From a virus (taxonomy: Duplodnaviria; Caudoviricetes), in the IMG/VR virus record IMGVR_UViG_3300005611_000162, positions 1 through 27,697 of that record: 27,697 bases of DNA; one strand, 5' to 3'. Numbering within the stretch: position 1 is the first letter of the stretch; the number at the start of each line of letters is the position of its first letter. Shown here piece after piece: positions 1 through 9,192 of this stretch. Position numbers and translations under genes: made by a program. The notes under the pieces were generated by a model. The model saw only the letters and a list, made by a program, of their open reading frames with translations, had not been told where the DNA came from and did not search any database.

Positions 1-338
1 GGCCAGTCCGATTGCCAAAACCACCAAGCGGCTGTTTTTTCTTTGTACGGGTTTTCATCTTTCACAAAAACCCCGTCTACATTCTTGCCCGTGCGCCCCT
101 TAATCGTATCGTATGCTAACTGCGTGGCTTCCTCAATGTCAATGCCCTGTATGTCGCAGTATATCGCAAGGCATACAACTATGTCGCCTACTGCATCTAT
201 CTCTTCATCTCTCTTGCCTTTGAGCAAACTGCCTGACAATTCACCAAGCTCTTCCATCGTTTTGAGGGCTTGCTTGTAGGGGTCGTTGATACCTTTGGCA
301 CGTCCCCATTCTTGGATTTTCTTAATTAGTGATTTCAT
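1..338 (-). CDS. MazG-like nucleotide pyrophosphohydrolase (partial, runs off window)
   Basis: Not in ORF track. Manual translation from ATG 338: MKSLIKKIQEWGRAKGINDPYKQALKTMEELGELSGSLLKGKRDEEIDAVGDIVVCLAIYCDIQGIDIEEATQLAYDTIKGRTGKNVDGVFVKDE...; EExGEL and DAxGD MazG motifs. Confidence 0.85.
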   Translation of the reverse strand, partial: MKSLIKKIQEWGRAKGINDPYKQALKTMEELGELSGSLLKGKRDEEIDAVGDIVVCLAIYCDIQGIDIEEATQLAYDTIKGRTGKNVDGVFVKDENPYKEKTAAWWFWQSDW

Positions 339-363
339 TTTTTATGTTTTACCGTGTTTACTG

Positions 364-393
364 CAAATATATGAACTACTTTGTTATATGCAA
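364..393 (-). promoter_or_regulatory. Bacteroidota sigma70-type promoter for mazG-like gene
   Basis: Minus strand TTG-N19-TATATTTG. Confidence 0.7.
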
Positions 394-821
394 TACCCTT
401 CCGAAAGTTTCTCACCTTTTTTTATCGATAGGTATCGCTCTAGGGTTTCAATACAATGCTCCTTCCCGAAAGCGAAGTACGCTGCATAGCCCCTTCTTCG
501 GCAATCTTGTATCTCCTGCCATTGCTCTTGGTGGTCGTCTGTCTTATTGCCCTGCTTGTCGGTTTTAAACCTAGGTTTTAGTGTTCCGTCTTTTTTGATG
601 ATGCTAGACTTCTTAATCTCTAAGTACAGGCCAGCATAATCACCTCTAGGTTCTTCTAAAAAGAAGTCTAGTTTTTTATGGTGGCTACGCATACGCTTTA
701 ATTTCATGCGTAATCCCATGCTTATTCTCATGCCTGAGCAGTCTACGTTAAACCTTAACTCAGGATACTTCCATTGTATCCATTCGGCAAAGGCTATGTG
801 TTCTTTTTCTTCGGGGGTCAT
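384..821 (-). CDS. VRR-NUC domain nuclease / Holliday-junction resolvase-like
   Basis: N-terminal E (PEEKEH), LDFFLEEPRGDYAGLYLEIK (PD...ExK-like), late EQWQEI...RRRGY helix typical of the family. Confidence 0.7.
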   Translation of the reverse strand: MTPEEKEHIAFAEWIQWKYPELRFNVDCSGMRISMGLRMKLKRMRSHHKKLDFFLEEPRGDYAGLYLEIKKSSIIKKDGTLKPRFKTDKQGNKTDDHQEQWQEIQDCRRRGYAAYFAFGKEHCIETLERYLSIKKGEKLSEGYCI

Positions 822-979
822 TTCGTTTTTAGAATAAAGTGGTTCAACTTACATTCGGTGCATGTATAAACCTTTTCAGGTCTATTTGCTTTTCTTACGG
901 CAACGCTGCCACATTCAGGGCATAGCTTAACAGATTGGTCTGCTTCCGTGTTCTTGGGCGTTTCTTTTGTAGACTCCAT
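818..979 (-). CDS. Small zinc-ribbon protein (53 aa)
   Basis: Not in track. MESTKETPKNTEADQSVKLCPECGSVAVRKANRPEKVYTCTECKLNHFILKTK; CxxC-x16-CxxC; stop overlaps ATG of next gene (ATGA). Confidence 0.6.
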   Translation of the reverse strand: MESTKETPKNTEADQSVKLCPECGSVAVRKANRPEKVYTCTECKLNHFILKTK

Positions 980-1739
980 TTAGTGTAAGGTTGATTTCAG
1001 ACATTGGAAACTTTGTGCCTCCAAACCTATTTCCTAACAGTTGTGAGGCGGTTACTTTATCAATACCCATCCTGTTTAATATACAGCATAGACGATAAAT
1101 ATAATCATTTCTGCTACCTTTTCTAAAGTAATGGCCGTTTCTTTTCAACGCACCTTCGGCAACTTTAAAAGCTTCCGAGTAAGACCTTACCTTTACCTTA
1201 GGGTAATTCACATTCTTGTACTTGGGGGCTTCGGGTATGTTACACACCTCGCAGTTGCCATTAAAGTAAGCCTCAGGGTCGTAGCTTAAAGAACTCTGCT
1301 TATTCAAGGCCTTAGAACTTATATCTCCATACCCCAAGCAGTATTTCTCATTAAGGTACTTCCAAGCCCAGGAGTAATCCTCTGGACTTGCATTAACTCT
1401 AAACCCTATCTTCAAACCTTTGCGAGGGGAGCGAAACATAAAACAGACGTGTGTTATATCTATTTGCGATAAGACCTTACCTGCTTTAATCTTGCCGTCT
1501 ATGTCTATGTGTACTATTCCCGAGAACTTATACAGGTGTTCTTTTGTTTTGCCGCCTCGAAATATACCAGCAGGCAAGAACGCAGGTAGGAGCATTTTCT
1601 TTTTATCTACATCCCCTCCCTCACGGATAGATTCAATTCTATCTTTGAGTTTTTCGGAGCGGATATAGTTTATAACAACATCCAGCTTGCGCTCTATACC
1701 CTCGGTATTGTAGTTATTTTCTAAGACCGTACAGACCAT
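927..1739 (-). CDS. BT4734/VirE N-terminal-like primase-type protein with C-terminal PriCT-like domain
   Basis: KKMLLPAFLPAGIF...SGIVHIDID...FRSPRKGLK...LSYDP (BT4734/VirE_N pattern); GSRNDYIYRLCCILNRMGI (PriCT_1-like). Confidence 0.75.
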   Translation of the reverse strand: MVCTVLENNYNTEGIERKLDVVINYIRSEKLKDRIESIREGGDVDKKKMLLPAFLPAGIFRGGKTKEHLYKFSGIVHIDIDGKIKAGKVLSQIDITHVCFMFRSPRKGLKIGFRVNASPEDYSWAWKYLNEKYCLGYGDISSKALNKQSSLSYDPEAYFNGNCEVCNIPEAPKYKNVNYPKVKVRSYSEAFKVAEGALKRNGHYFRKGSRNDYIYRLCCILNRMGIDKVTASQLLGNRFGGTKFPMSEINLTLNGVYKRNAQEHGSRPIC

Positions 1740-2785
1740 TAGAGTACAATAGGCATTACAATGATAACAACATCAGAATATTTGATAAGCATAGGCCTAG
1801 TTGGAGACATCATTATCTCAGCTTTAATATCAATCTCAGGAGTTTTGAGAATGTTCCTTGCTGAGAACCCCGACTTGGGCATGTTCAGGTCTGTCTTAAC
1901 ATCAATACCTCGGTTGTAGTCTAAGTCCTCGGAGTATACCTTACCTTCTTCAAAGACAACCAAAGAAGTACCCTTGGTGCTAAATAGGCTTGCATCGCCT
2001 ACATCATTTAAGAACTCCTTGAGGTTTATCTCTTGCTTAAATTCAGGCTTGTAAGCAAAGACAGAGCGAAGCTGCTCAACGGTCATAAACTTAGCATCTA
2101 TCTTGCGTATTTTAACGCAGCATTCCTCGGATGAGATATAGTTGTATTCATCAGTAACGCCAAGGTCTACAAACCCTGTCATTTCCTTTAGGATAGCAAC
2201 GGTATTTTTCTTTACCCATACATCACACTCAACTTCTGTGGGTACATCTACGTGTGGCTTACCGAAATACATTGAATGGGCATCTGTGGCTACTACATGT
2301 ATTGCCCCTGCTTCTGAGATAAAGTGTATGTACTCAAAGCTTGGCCGTGCAATATCGTCCTTCGCTGTAAATTCTGCTGCGGCCTTTGCATGTTGGTATA
2401 CATCTAAGCTTTTCATTTTAAATGTTTGCTCAGGAGCGGAGAAGTCCATTGATACCATTTCCGAAAGTTCCATTGCAGGGAATTTACCTCTGCGCCTGCC
2501 GCTTTTGAAGTGGCACATCAAAGCTTCCCCTGTTGGAATAATCTCTAAGGTAATCTCGCCATTGCGACAAGCCTCAGCAGTCTTTAGAATTTCCTCGTAG
2601 CGAACTACGATTTCTTCATCTCCTTCCATTTGAACCTTTGCTCGGATAGAAGTGGTAAGGTCTGTTCCTGAAACATAACCTCCAGAGATTAAGACATGCT
2701 CGGTAGCGGCAATGGTAGTCTTAGATTTAAAGACTGGCGCAACCATCTGTAATGCATTACGCAAGGACTCGGTGTTAATTGTCAT
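1739..2785 (-). CDS. dnaN: DNA polymerase III beta sliding clamp, divergent phage homolog
   Basis: 348 aa; GTDLTTSI, DDIARPSFEYI, VATDAHSM (cf. ATDGHRL), C-terminal RPMLI...IVMPI. Confidence 0.8.
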   Translation of the reverse strand: MTINTESLRNALQMVAPVFKSKTTIAATEHVLISGGYVSGTDLTTSIRAKVQMEGDEEIVVRYEEILKTAEACRNGEITLEIIPTGEALMCHFKSGRRRGKFPAMELSEMVSMDFSAPEQTFKMKSLDVYQHAKAAAEFTAKDDIARPSFEYIHFISEAGAIHVVATDAHSMYFGKPHVDVPTEVECDVWVKKNTVAILKEMTGFVDLGVTDEYNYISSEECCVKIRKIDAKFMTVEQLRSVFAYKPEFKQEINLKEFLNDVGDASLFSTKGTSLVVFEEGKVYSEDLDYNRGIDVKTDLNMPKSGFSARNILKTPEIDIKAEIMMSPTRPMLIKYSDVVIIVMPIVL

Positions 2786-4401
2786 TTCTGATTGGATTTG
2801 ATTATACGATAAACTTGTTCTGTGATGTTGGTTATGGTTACTTTTTTACCATCAATAATATCATCAATGGTACTCATCTTGTTCTTCATTAGATTCCAAA
2901 TGTACTCATCCATTGTACCTTCTACAAGTATACAGTTGATGTTCACCTTATTCAACTGGCCACCACGGTACATCCTACTAATCGCTTGAGCAAAGTCCGT
3001 AGGAGTGAAAGTAAAGTTAAGGAATATCCCGTTATGTGCGTTCTGTAAATTCAAAGAAGTTCCTGCTGCAATCATATTCCCTACAAACGCTTGGTTCTTT
3101 CCCGTTTGAAAGTCCTCTACAATCTTACCTCTTTTGTTGTTAGCTACACTCCCATCAATAAACGACACACCATATCCTTCCTTCTCAATCTTAGAACGAA
3201 CCAAAGCTAAGGAGTCTTTAAAACTACCGTATACCACTACTTGCTTTCCTGCCTCTAAGATATTCAAGGCAAGCTCTACTGCCATATCAACCTTGGCCAA
3301 AGATACAATCCTGTTGGCCGACATTAAATTAGCCTCTAAGCTTTTAATGCTACGCTGCTTTTCTTCGCAGGCTTGTCTTATAGCCTCATCGTACACCTTA
3401 CGCCAATCACCATTGCCATCAACGGTATGAAAGATAAAGTTCTTGGGAGGTATATCTAAGCAGTCCTCAAGCTTGTAGCGTATCATTAAATTCGCTAAGT
3501 GCTTATTTAGAACATCAATGTTTTTACTGCCTATTGTTTTCTTGGAGTAGTGGCCACCAAAAGCATTTTGCTCTTGCTCTAAGAACATTTCCTGGAACTT
3601 AGTCTTAACCCTGCCCAACGGGTGTTCGCACAGCTTCAATGGAAGGAATAAATCTTCAGCCGTATTAGTCATGGGAGTACCAGAGGCAAAGGTCATATGA
3701 GGGTACTGATTCTTGTACTTTTTCTTTGAGTAGCTAATTATCTCCCTTAGCCCTTTGTACCGTTGGGTCTTTGGGTTTTTCACCCGTTGGCACTCATCCA
3801 ATATGATATGCTTAAAACCCTTTTTCTTTAGCTTCTCGGCCATCCGATATAGCATATCGTAGTTGACTATCACAAACCTCTCTTCGAGGGCTATGATGCT
3901 CTTGTTTTGGCCGTACATGATAGAGAACTGATAGTCCTTAAACCCCCATTCCTTTGTTAGGGATTTGAACCAAGAGTATTTTGCTGAGGCTTCGCATACA
4001 ATAAGAGTAGGATAGAGCTCCATGTACTCTGACTTTAGGGCGGTGGTAATTGTCTTTCCCGTACCTTGGTCTAAAGCTGCAATATAGTGCTTCCTAGTAA
4101 CGCTATGCAATAATGTAGAATACTGATGCTCCCATAACTCCTTGCCGTTAAGCCCTACTTTTTGGTGTAGCTTGGATTTGAATTTATCATGGTACTCCTT
4201 GTATAGATTTCTAAGCAGGGAGGAATGCTCTTTGGTAATTTTAATCCCAAGCTCATCAAGGATATGCTTCAAAGCCATCTTGCGTATCATGGATACATGC
4301 ACCCTCCATTCCTTGCCGTGAAGTTCCAGTTGATAGGACTCGGCTAAGTAATCGGCCCTGCCTTGAGGGATGTATATCCAACCTGACTTTGTAATTCTCA
4401 T
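2782..4401 (-). CDS. SNF2-family (SF2) helicase/translocase
   Basis: LDQGTGKT (I), ILDECQRVKN (II), SGTPMTN (III), AAGTSLNLQ (V), QAISRMYRGGQ (VI). Confidence 0.9.
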   Translation of the reverse strand: MRITKSGWIYIPQGRADYLAESYQLELHGKEWRVHVSMIRKMALKHILDELGIKITKEHSSLLRNLYKEYHDKFKSKLHQKVGLNGKELWEHQYSTLLHSVTRKHYIAALDQGTGKTITTALKSEYMELYPTLIVCEASAKYSWFKSLTKEWGFKDYQFSIMYGQNKSIIALEERFVIVNYDMLYRMAEKLKKKGFKHIILDECQRVKNPKTQRYKGLREIISYSKKKYKNQYPHMTFASGTPMTNTAEDLFLPLKLCEHPLGRVKTKFQEMFLEQEQNAFGGHYSKKTIGSKNIDVLNKHLANLMIRYKLEDCLDIPPKNFIFHTVDGNGDWRKVYDEAIRQACEEKQRSIKSLEANLMSANRIVSLAKVDMAVELALNILEAGKQVVVYGSFKDSLALVRSKIEKEGYGVSFIDGSVANNKRGKIVEDFQTGKNQAFVGNMIAAGTSLNLQNAHNGIFLNFTFTPTDFAQAISRMYRGGQLNKVNINCILVEGTMDEYIWNLMKNKMSTIDDIIDGKKVTITNITEQVYRIIKSNQK

Positions 4402-5117
4402 AGTGTCTTGATAAACTCATGGAGTTCTTTGTTCCACCGTGCATCCGCTAGGGCGTTGTGTTCGTTTGTTTGTTTTGGATACTTTGGATGTTCGTGGATA
4501 GTATGCAAATCGTACCAATCATCATTGCTAGACTTTTTTATAATTACTTCATCCAACATCTGCTTCAAATCTCGGGAATATTTCGGGAAACCGTTTGGCA
4601 AGTCAATCATCTTGCCGAATAGCCAACAGAAAGCTACCCAATCATAGTCTGCGAAGTAAGCGTAGAATTTGGGGTTGCCATGTTTTTGTATTCTAGGAAC
4701 TTCTAACGTGAACTCTTTAACTTCTTCTGCTATCTGATGATTGGATTTGCCTATCATATTTAACATATACCTAAAGTTTTTGTAATTAAACTTATGATAT
4801 GAATACTTATTCCAATCATTAAATATCGGCTTCAACACATTCTCCCTAATCCAGTAAACTTTGAAATCTTCTTCTTCTTTATTTCTCGCAGGCTTGTTGT
4901 AAGCCGTAGAGTACCACTCATACCTATCCCAAGCCTCTCTTAAATTAAAGTCTTTGGATATGGCATAATACTCCCTTCCGTCCTCTGAGACAATACCGAT
5001 TGAGATTAAATCAATGGTAGGCTTTTCTTTTGCCTTTTGGCCTAGCCAAAAGCTAAACCAAGGCTGTTCGTATTTTTGAGTTCCCTCTAAGAACTCTGTG
5101 TCAACATAGTATTTCAT
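4398..5117 (-). CDS. DEDDh 3'-5' exo(ribo)nuclease, Rv2179c-like
   Basis: YYVDTEFLE, LISIGIVSEDGREYYA, ADYDWVAFCWLFGKMIDLP, HNALADARW. Confidence 0.8.
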   Translation of the reverse strand: MKYYVDTEFLEGTQKYEQPWFSFWLGQKAKEKPTIDLISIGIVSEDGREYYAISKDFNLREAWDRYEWYSTAYNKPARNKEEEDFKVYWIRENVLKPIFNDWNKYSYHKFNYKNFRYMLNMIGKSNHQIAEEVKEFTLEVPRIQKHGNPKFYAYFADYDWVAFCWLFGKMIDLPNGFPKYSRDLKQMLDEVIIKKSSNDDWYDLHTIHEHPKYPKQTNEHNALADARWNKELHEFIKTL

Positions 5118-5219
5118 TCAGTTAAAAATTTGTACGGTAAATGTACGGCAAACCTCTCCTTGACTACCTAAAAAAGCAAATCGACAGACAGTGAGCCTTA
5201 GTTGCTCATTAAGCAGCTA

Positions 5220-6521
5220 TCACTCCTCATCAAGGTATTCTTCAACAAAGCGAATATCAAAGTTCTTATCCCATTCCACTTTCTCGAAGATTATTTGCGT
5301 TCCGCTTTCTTCTGCTGCCTTAATGATACGACCAAAGGTTTCCTTGTCCATTTCATTCATGTTCATCTTCATCACCTTGATATTGTTCTGCAAGGCTCGG
5401 AATAACATAAAGCCCACTTCCTGTATCTTGGCTGTGTTGATTTGCCCTTGTTCAAAAGGCAGGCCATCCAAGTACACACCATCATCATCAAAGGTCAGGC
5501 CTTCTACAGGAAGCTTAGAAGATGCAATGATGTCTTTTTTCTCTTGGTCGAACTGCTCAATAGCTTCAGTCAATTTTAAAGCCTCAGACTTGTAATCTTT
5601 CAATACCTTGTGCTTCTCAAGAATTGCATCACGCTTTTCTACTAGCCTGTTGTTCTCTAAAGCTTCGTCCATTTCCTTAGATAAAGCTTCCATGCTAGGT
5701 TCAGGATTCTTAGCTAACCATGCCTCACCCTTTTCAATTTTGTCGAGGTTCTGTTTGTGTGTTTCAGCTAGTTCAGTCTTGCGGTCTTTGAGGTTTTGAA
5801 TCTTCTGCTCTAATACAGCAATCTCATCATCAATGGTAGCTACGTTGTCTTTGTGTGCGCTCACGCTAAGTCTAGCCTCATCCACAGCACCGCTTATCCT
5901 CTGCCAAGTTTTCAACCCCTCACCAATCTTATTCATCTTCTCCTTGATAGGCTCGATAGGAATCAGCTTCAAGCTAGAGTCTATGTCGGCATCTTTCAGT
6001 TCTCCTTGAATATCCCTAACTCTACTGTTTACTGTTGTTCGCTTGTCAAAGGCCTCTTTCCTTTTGCGGTCAATTTCGTTGATTTCAGATACACGTCCTG
6101 TTACTTTTTTCAGGAACTCTACCTGCTCGATTTTGGTCTTAGACAGGAAGTCTCGGTCAACATCAAAGGTGGCATTACCAATAAGGTATCTGAAAGCCTT
6201 TATGCCCATCTTGTTGCCATCCTTGTCGTGAATCTTCATGTCACCAACAGACCTGCCTTTAACAGCGTCTTGTTGAAAACGTGCTACGATATGAAAGCCT
6301 TGGTTTTCACCCTCAATGTTTACCATTACTTCGGCAATTTCATCGTCTGGGCCTACAACACATTTAGGCTTTTCTCCTGCGAGAGTTCCAAGTAGGGCTT
6401 GAATGGCTGAACTCTTCCCTGATGCGTTTGAACCTGCAATGATGAACGACTGGCCATCGGGTTCAATAGTAAGCTCTGAAATGTTCTTGTAGTTTTTGAT
6501 TGTTGCTGATGTGATTTTCAT
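5220..6521 (-). CDS. Rad50/SMC-like ABC-type ATPase with long coiled coil
   Basis: MKITSATIKNYKNI, Walker A GSNASGKSS, central heptad coiled coil, C-terminal LPVEGLTFDDDGVYLDGLPF. Confidence 0.75.
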   Translation of the reverse strand: MKITSATIKNYKNISELTIEPDGQSFIIAGSNASGKSSAIQALLGTLAGEKPKCVVGPDDEIAEVMVNIEGENQGFHIVARFQQDAVKGRSVGDMKIHDKDGNKMGIKAFRYLIGNATFDVDRDFLSKTKIEQVEFLKKVTGRVSEINEIDRKRKEAFDKRTTVNSRVRDIQGELKDADIDSSLKLIPIEPIKEKMNKIGEGLKTWQRISGAVDEARLSVSAHKDNVATIDDEIAVLEQKIQNLKDRKTELAETHKQNLDKIEKGEAWLAKNPEPSMEALSKEMDEALENNRLVEKRDAILEKHKVLKDYKSEALKLTEAIEQFDQEKKDIIASSKLPVEGLTFDDDGVYLDGLPFEQGQINTAKIQEVGFMLFRALQNNIKVMKMNMNEMDKETFGRIIKAAEESGTQIIFEKVEWDKNFDIRFVEEYLDEE

Positions 6522-6541
6522 CTTTGTTTGTTTTTCGGTTA

Positions 6542-6571
6542 CAAATGTATTACAAATTTGGATTACTCCAA
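6542..6571 (-). promoter_or_regulatory. Bacteroidota-type promoter
   Basis: TTG-N19-TACATTTG upstream of the ATPase. Confidence 0.65.
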
Positions 6572-6856
6572 GCCTTTCTGCGTATTTTCAACCTCATCCT
6601 TTAAAATTATTTCATAGGGTGCGTTGTAATTTATGACGGCAGGATGCAGCCTAAAAAACATCTCTTGAGTTAACGCTCCGCTACTTACCATTTCAGAAAG
6701 CGCACACGTTCCACTTATTTTCCCGTCTCTTTCCATGTGTTCTTTCTGAAGATACCTGCAATACTTGGCAATTTTGTCTAAGGCTTCAAGCTTAGATTTC
6801 TTATCTTGGCTTATCAGGTACTCTTTTAAATCGTCTATGGTCTGCATGTTTTTCAT
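6563..6856 (-). CDS. Hypothetical protein
   Basis: 97-aa ORF coupled (ATGA) to upstream nuclease. Confidence 0.65.
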   Translation of the reverse strand: MKNMQTIDDLKEYLISQDKKSKLEALDKIAKYCRYLQKEHMERDGKISGTCALSEMVSSGALTQEMFFRLHPAVINYNAPYEIILKDEVENTQKGLE

Positions 6857-7896
6857 TTTAAACCTTTCTGCATTTTTTTAAACTGATTGCACCATTGAGA
6901 TACTAGGCAATACTCCTCGCACCTTTTGCTTCGGCCTTTAAAGAACCTTATTTCGTCTTTGCCATCTGTATTTTCAGCCTTCCACCTTTCGGCTTCTTCC
7001 TCGGAATAAAGAGTCATCTTCGCCCGTTGCCCTCCCTTTTTGTAGACCTTCCACATGTCGGGTTCTGCCCATCGCTCTTCGGGAGTACACTCATAGCTAT
7101 CTTCACCTTCGGTTTCAACCTTTTGGTGTAGCTTGATGCGCTCAATAACATAGTCCTCCACTTCATCTAAAGGCAGGAGTTTCACAGGATATTCCCAAAC
7201 CTTAGCAGGAGGGTATAACCCTTGGCCACGTTTGATTTTTTGAAAGTCCCTGAACCAAAACAAAAGGCTGGCTTTGTCAACATCTAGGTTGTAGATTTTC
7301 TTAATCATCATGGCGTAGATATTCTGCTGCCAAGAGTAAGTCTTATGCTCGGTCTTATTCTTGTATGTCCAAACAGTTGTAACCTTGAGGTCTATTAAGG
7401 CTTTGTTTTCAACCTCGAACCTATCGAACTGACCTTTTAAAATCCATCCATTGAACTTATAGGTCATCACTTCCTCTAGCATTACTTTCTCTCTAAAGTC
7501 TTTGAAGTGCTGCTGCATGAAGTCTTCGGCAAACTCAGCCATACTAGCGAGCTTCTTGGCATATTTCCTTCGGACAATTTCCTTGTCTCCTTTGGCATTT
7601 TTCAGGTACTTATGCTCATATCGCTTCATTACCTCGGCAAATTCCATAGCCTTCAAAGCATCGGTATTGGATATGTCTGCCAGCTCTAACAGGGAGTGCT
7701 TCATTGTACCCTCTAAGGCATTTAAAGAGTCCTCGACATCCATAACCAAGTGGTGCTGGTATCGCTTCTTTAGAAACGCAATTTTAGGGCTGTCAATTAA
7801 GGTTGTAACACTTATATCTCCCTTGGAAACGTAGGTGTTTCTTGTTGCCGCTTTTACAATTAGCGGATGTAAGTTTTGATTGTTTGTGTATCTCAT
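6853..7896 (-). CDS. PD-(D/E)XK exonuclease, Cas4/AddB-like with C-terminal Cys cluster
   Basis: Start moved to 7896 (MRYTNN..., ATGA overlap). ISVTTLIDSP, GTMKH, GQFD...LIDLK, YSWQQNIY, CTPEERW...RCEEYCLVSQWC. Confidence 0.75.
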   Translation of the reverse strand: MRYTNNQNLHPLIVKAATRNTYVSKGDISVTTLIDSPKIAFLKKRYQHHLVMDVEDSLNALEGTMKHSLLELADISNTDALKAMEFAEVMKRYEHKYLKNAKGDKEIVRRKYAKKLASMAEFAEDFMQQHFKDFREKVMLEEVMTYKFNGWILKGQFDRFEVENKALIDLKVTTVWTYKNKTEHKTYSWQQNIYAMMIKKIYNLDVDKASLLFWFRDFQKIKRGQGLYPPAKVWEYPVKLLPLDEVEDYVIERIKLHQKVETEGEDSYECTPEERWAEPDMWKVYKKGGQRAKMTLYSEEEAERWKAENTDGKDEIRFFKGRSKRCEEYCLVSQWCNQFKKMQKGLK

Positions 7897-8234
7897 TTGT
7901 TTGCTTTTTTGACCGCCTCCCAATAGTGCAGCGTTGATTCTTTTTGCATGCCTCTGGGACCACCATTCCAACACCGTGCCATCTCCTCGGCATTAGACCT
8001 GCCTTTTCTCATTTGAAGAGCCATAAACATACGCATAGACTTCTCGCAGTTCCACCTATCATCTAAGGTAAAGTCAATTCCTAAGCGTTGTGCTTCCCGT
8101 ACCATTATTGGTCGTATCTGTAAGCACCCTGCTGCATCCTCTTTGGCGTTGTAAGCGCAATGGTTGCCCCTGCTTTCTACCTGAATCATGCCAGGTAAAA
8201 TAGACATCGCAATAAGGTAAATCTCTAGTATCAT
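7893..8234 (-). CDS. Lysozyme-fold lytic transglycosylase (SLT/destabilase-like)
   Basis: IQVES catalytic Glu, AAGCLQI, ARCWNGG, T..YW; hydrophobic N-terminus. Confidence 0.8.
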   Translation of the reverse strand: MILEIYLIAMSILPGMIQVESRGNHCAYNAKEDAAGCLQIRPIMVREAQRLGIDFTLDDRWNCEKSMRMFMALQMRKGRSNAEEMARCWNGGPRGMQKESTLHYWEAVKKANK

Positions 8235-8253
8235 AGTTGTGTGTTTACGGATT

Positions 8254-8283
8254 CAAATTTACACAAGTTTTTTAAACAAACAA
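8254..8283 (-). promoter_or_regulatory. Bacteroidota-type promoter
   Basis: TTG-N19-TAAATTTG upstream of the transglycosylase. Confidence 0.65.
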
Positions 8284-8291
8284 TAGTTTCC

Positions 8292-8696
8292 TTAATTTTT
8301 CTTCCAATTTTTATCTGCTTGTGGCACTTCATATCCCATGCTTTCCAAGTAGAAGATACAATCTTGCATGAACTCCCTAAGTCTTGTCCTGCTCATGTCC
8401 TTTTTATCCACAAGAACTATAAGCTCATTTTCTGTGTGTGGGTTTTTGACTTTCTTTTTAGCGAACATAGACTTAAGGAATATATCTGCATCGGATTCGT
8501 CTGCTGCTACTCCTGAGTCCCTGAGAAACAATCTAGCAACCTCTATTATGACTGTTTGGTAGTATGCGTACATGCGTTCTTTTTCTTTACCGTCTTGGAC
8601 TATTCTTACCCTGCCTTTAAATCGTTTCATAAAATGCCTGTACTCTGGGTCTGGAATAAAATTGCCATCTTCAGTTACCGTTCCGTATGCTATCAT
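8292..8696 (-). CDS. NinB/Orf-like recombination protein
   Basis: YAYYQTVII...FLKSMF...KDMSRTRLREFMQDCI...GYEVPQ resembles the NinB pattern; context near NinG-like gene. Confidence 0.5.
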   Translation of the reverse strand: MIAYGTVTEDGNFIPDPEYRHFMKRFKGRVRIVQDGKEKERMYAYYQTVIIEVARLFLRDSGVAADESDADIFLKSMFAKKKVKNPHTENELIVLVDKKDMSRTRLREFMQDCIFYLESMGYEVPQADKNWKKN

Positions 8697-9192
8697 CGAC
8701 TTGCGTTTTTATTTCCTCTACTAGCCTATCGGCAAATTCCAAAATAGTCTTGTGCTTTTTGTCAATCCTTAAGGCCTCAACCTTCTTTATGCTGTTGATT
8801 ATCGTTGCATGCCTAGAGTGTTCAGCATTGCCTTCTGTTAGGTCTGCAACATCCTCCAAGCTCCCCCACCCGATATTGTACATTACATATCTATAAACGT
8901 GCCGAGCTATTAGTATTGAGCCTTTCCTACTTCGGCCAACAATATCTTCTTTGCTTGCACCAAAAGCCTCGGATATAATCCCTAAGACATATTCAGGCTC
9001 AATGAGTCCCTTTACAACAAACTTCCACTCGGACTTCTTTGATACTTTAAGCCTGAGGGCTTTTAATTTAGCTTCCAGATTAGGTAGGTTTCTAGCTGCC
9101 ATCTCTTGAGTGAATATCTTAGCAGCTAAACTAAAGTCCTCATTCGGTATCGAGTCCAAGCAAGCTTTGAAATCTATGATATGATTCTTCAT
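8671..9192 (-). CDS. Protein with DnaA C-terminal (domain IV) HTH
   Basis: ISEAFGASKEDIVGRSRKGSILIARHVYRY...SLEDVA...RHATIINSIKKVE matches the DnaA domain IV pattern; no AAA+ domain. Confidence 0.75.
   Translation of the reverse strand: MKNHIIDFKACLDSIPNEDFSLAAKIFTQEMAARNLPNLEAKLKALRLKVSKKSEWKFVVKGLIEPEYVLGIISEAFGASKEDIVGRSRKGSILIARHVYRYVMYNIGWGSLEDVADLTEGNAEHSRHATIINSIKKVEALRIDKKHKTILEFADRLVEEIKTQVDDSIRNGN

Noticed and set aside
5138-5170. Possible promoter TACATTTA before the exonuclease
   Set aside because: Imperfect -7 box and no TTG at the expected spacing.
8404-8412. Perfect DnaA box TTATCCACA near the DnaA-IV gene
   Set aside because: A single 9-mer inside a coding region with no cluster; compatible with chance in 27 kb of AT-rich DNA.
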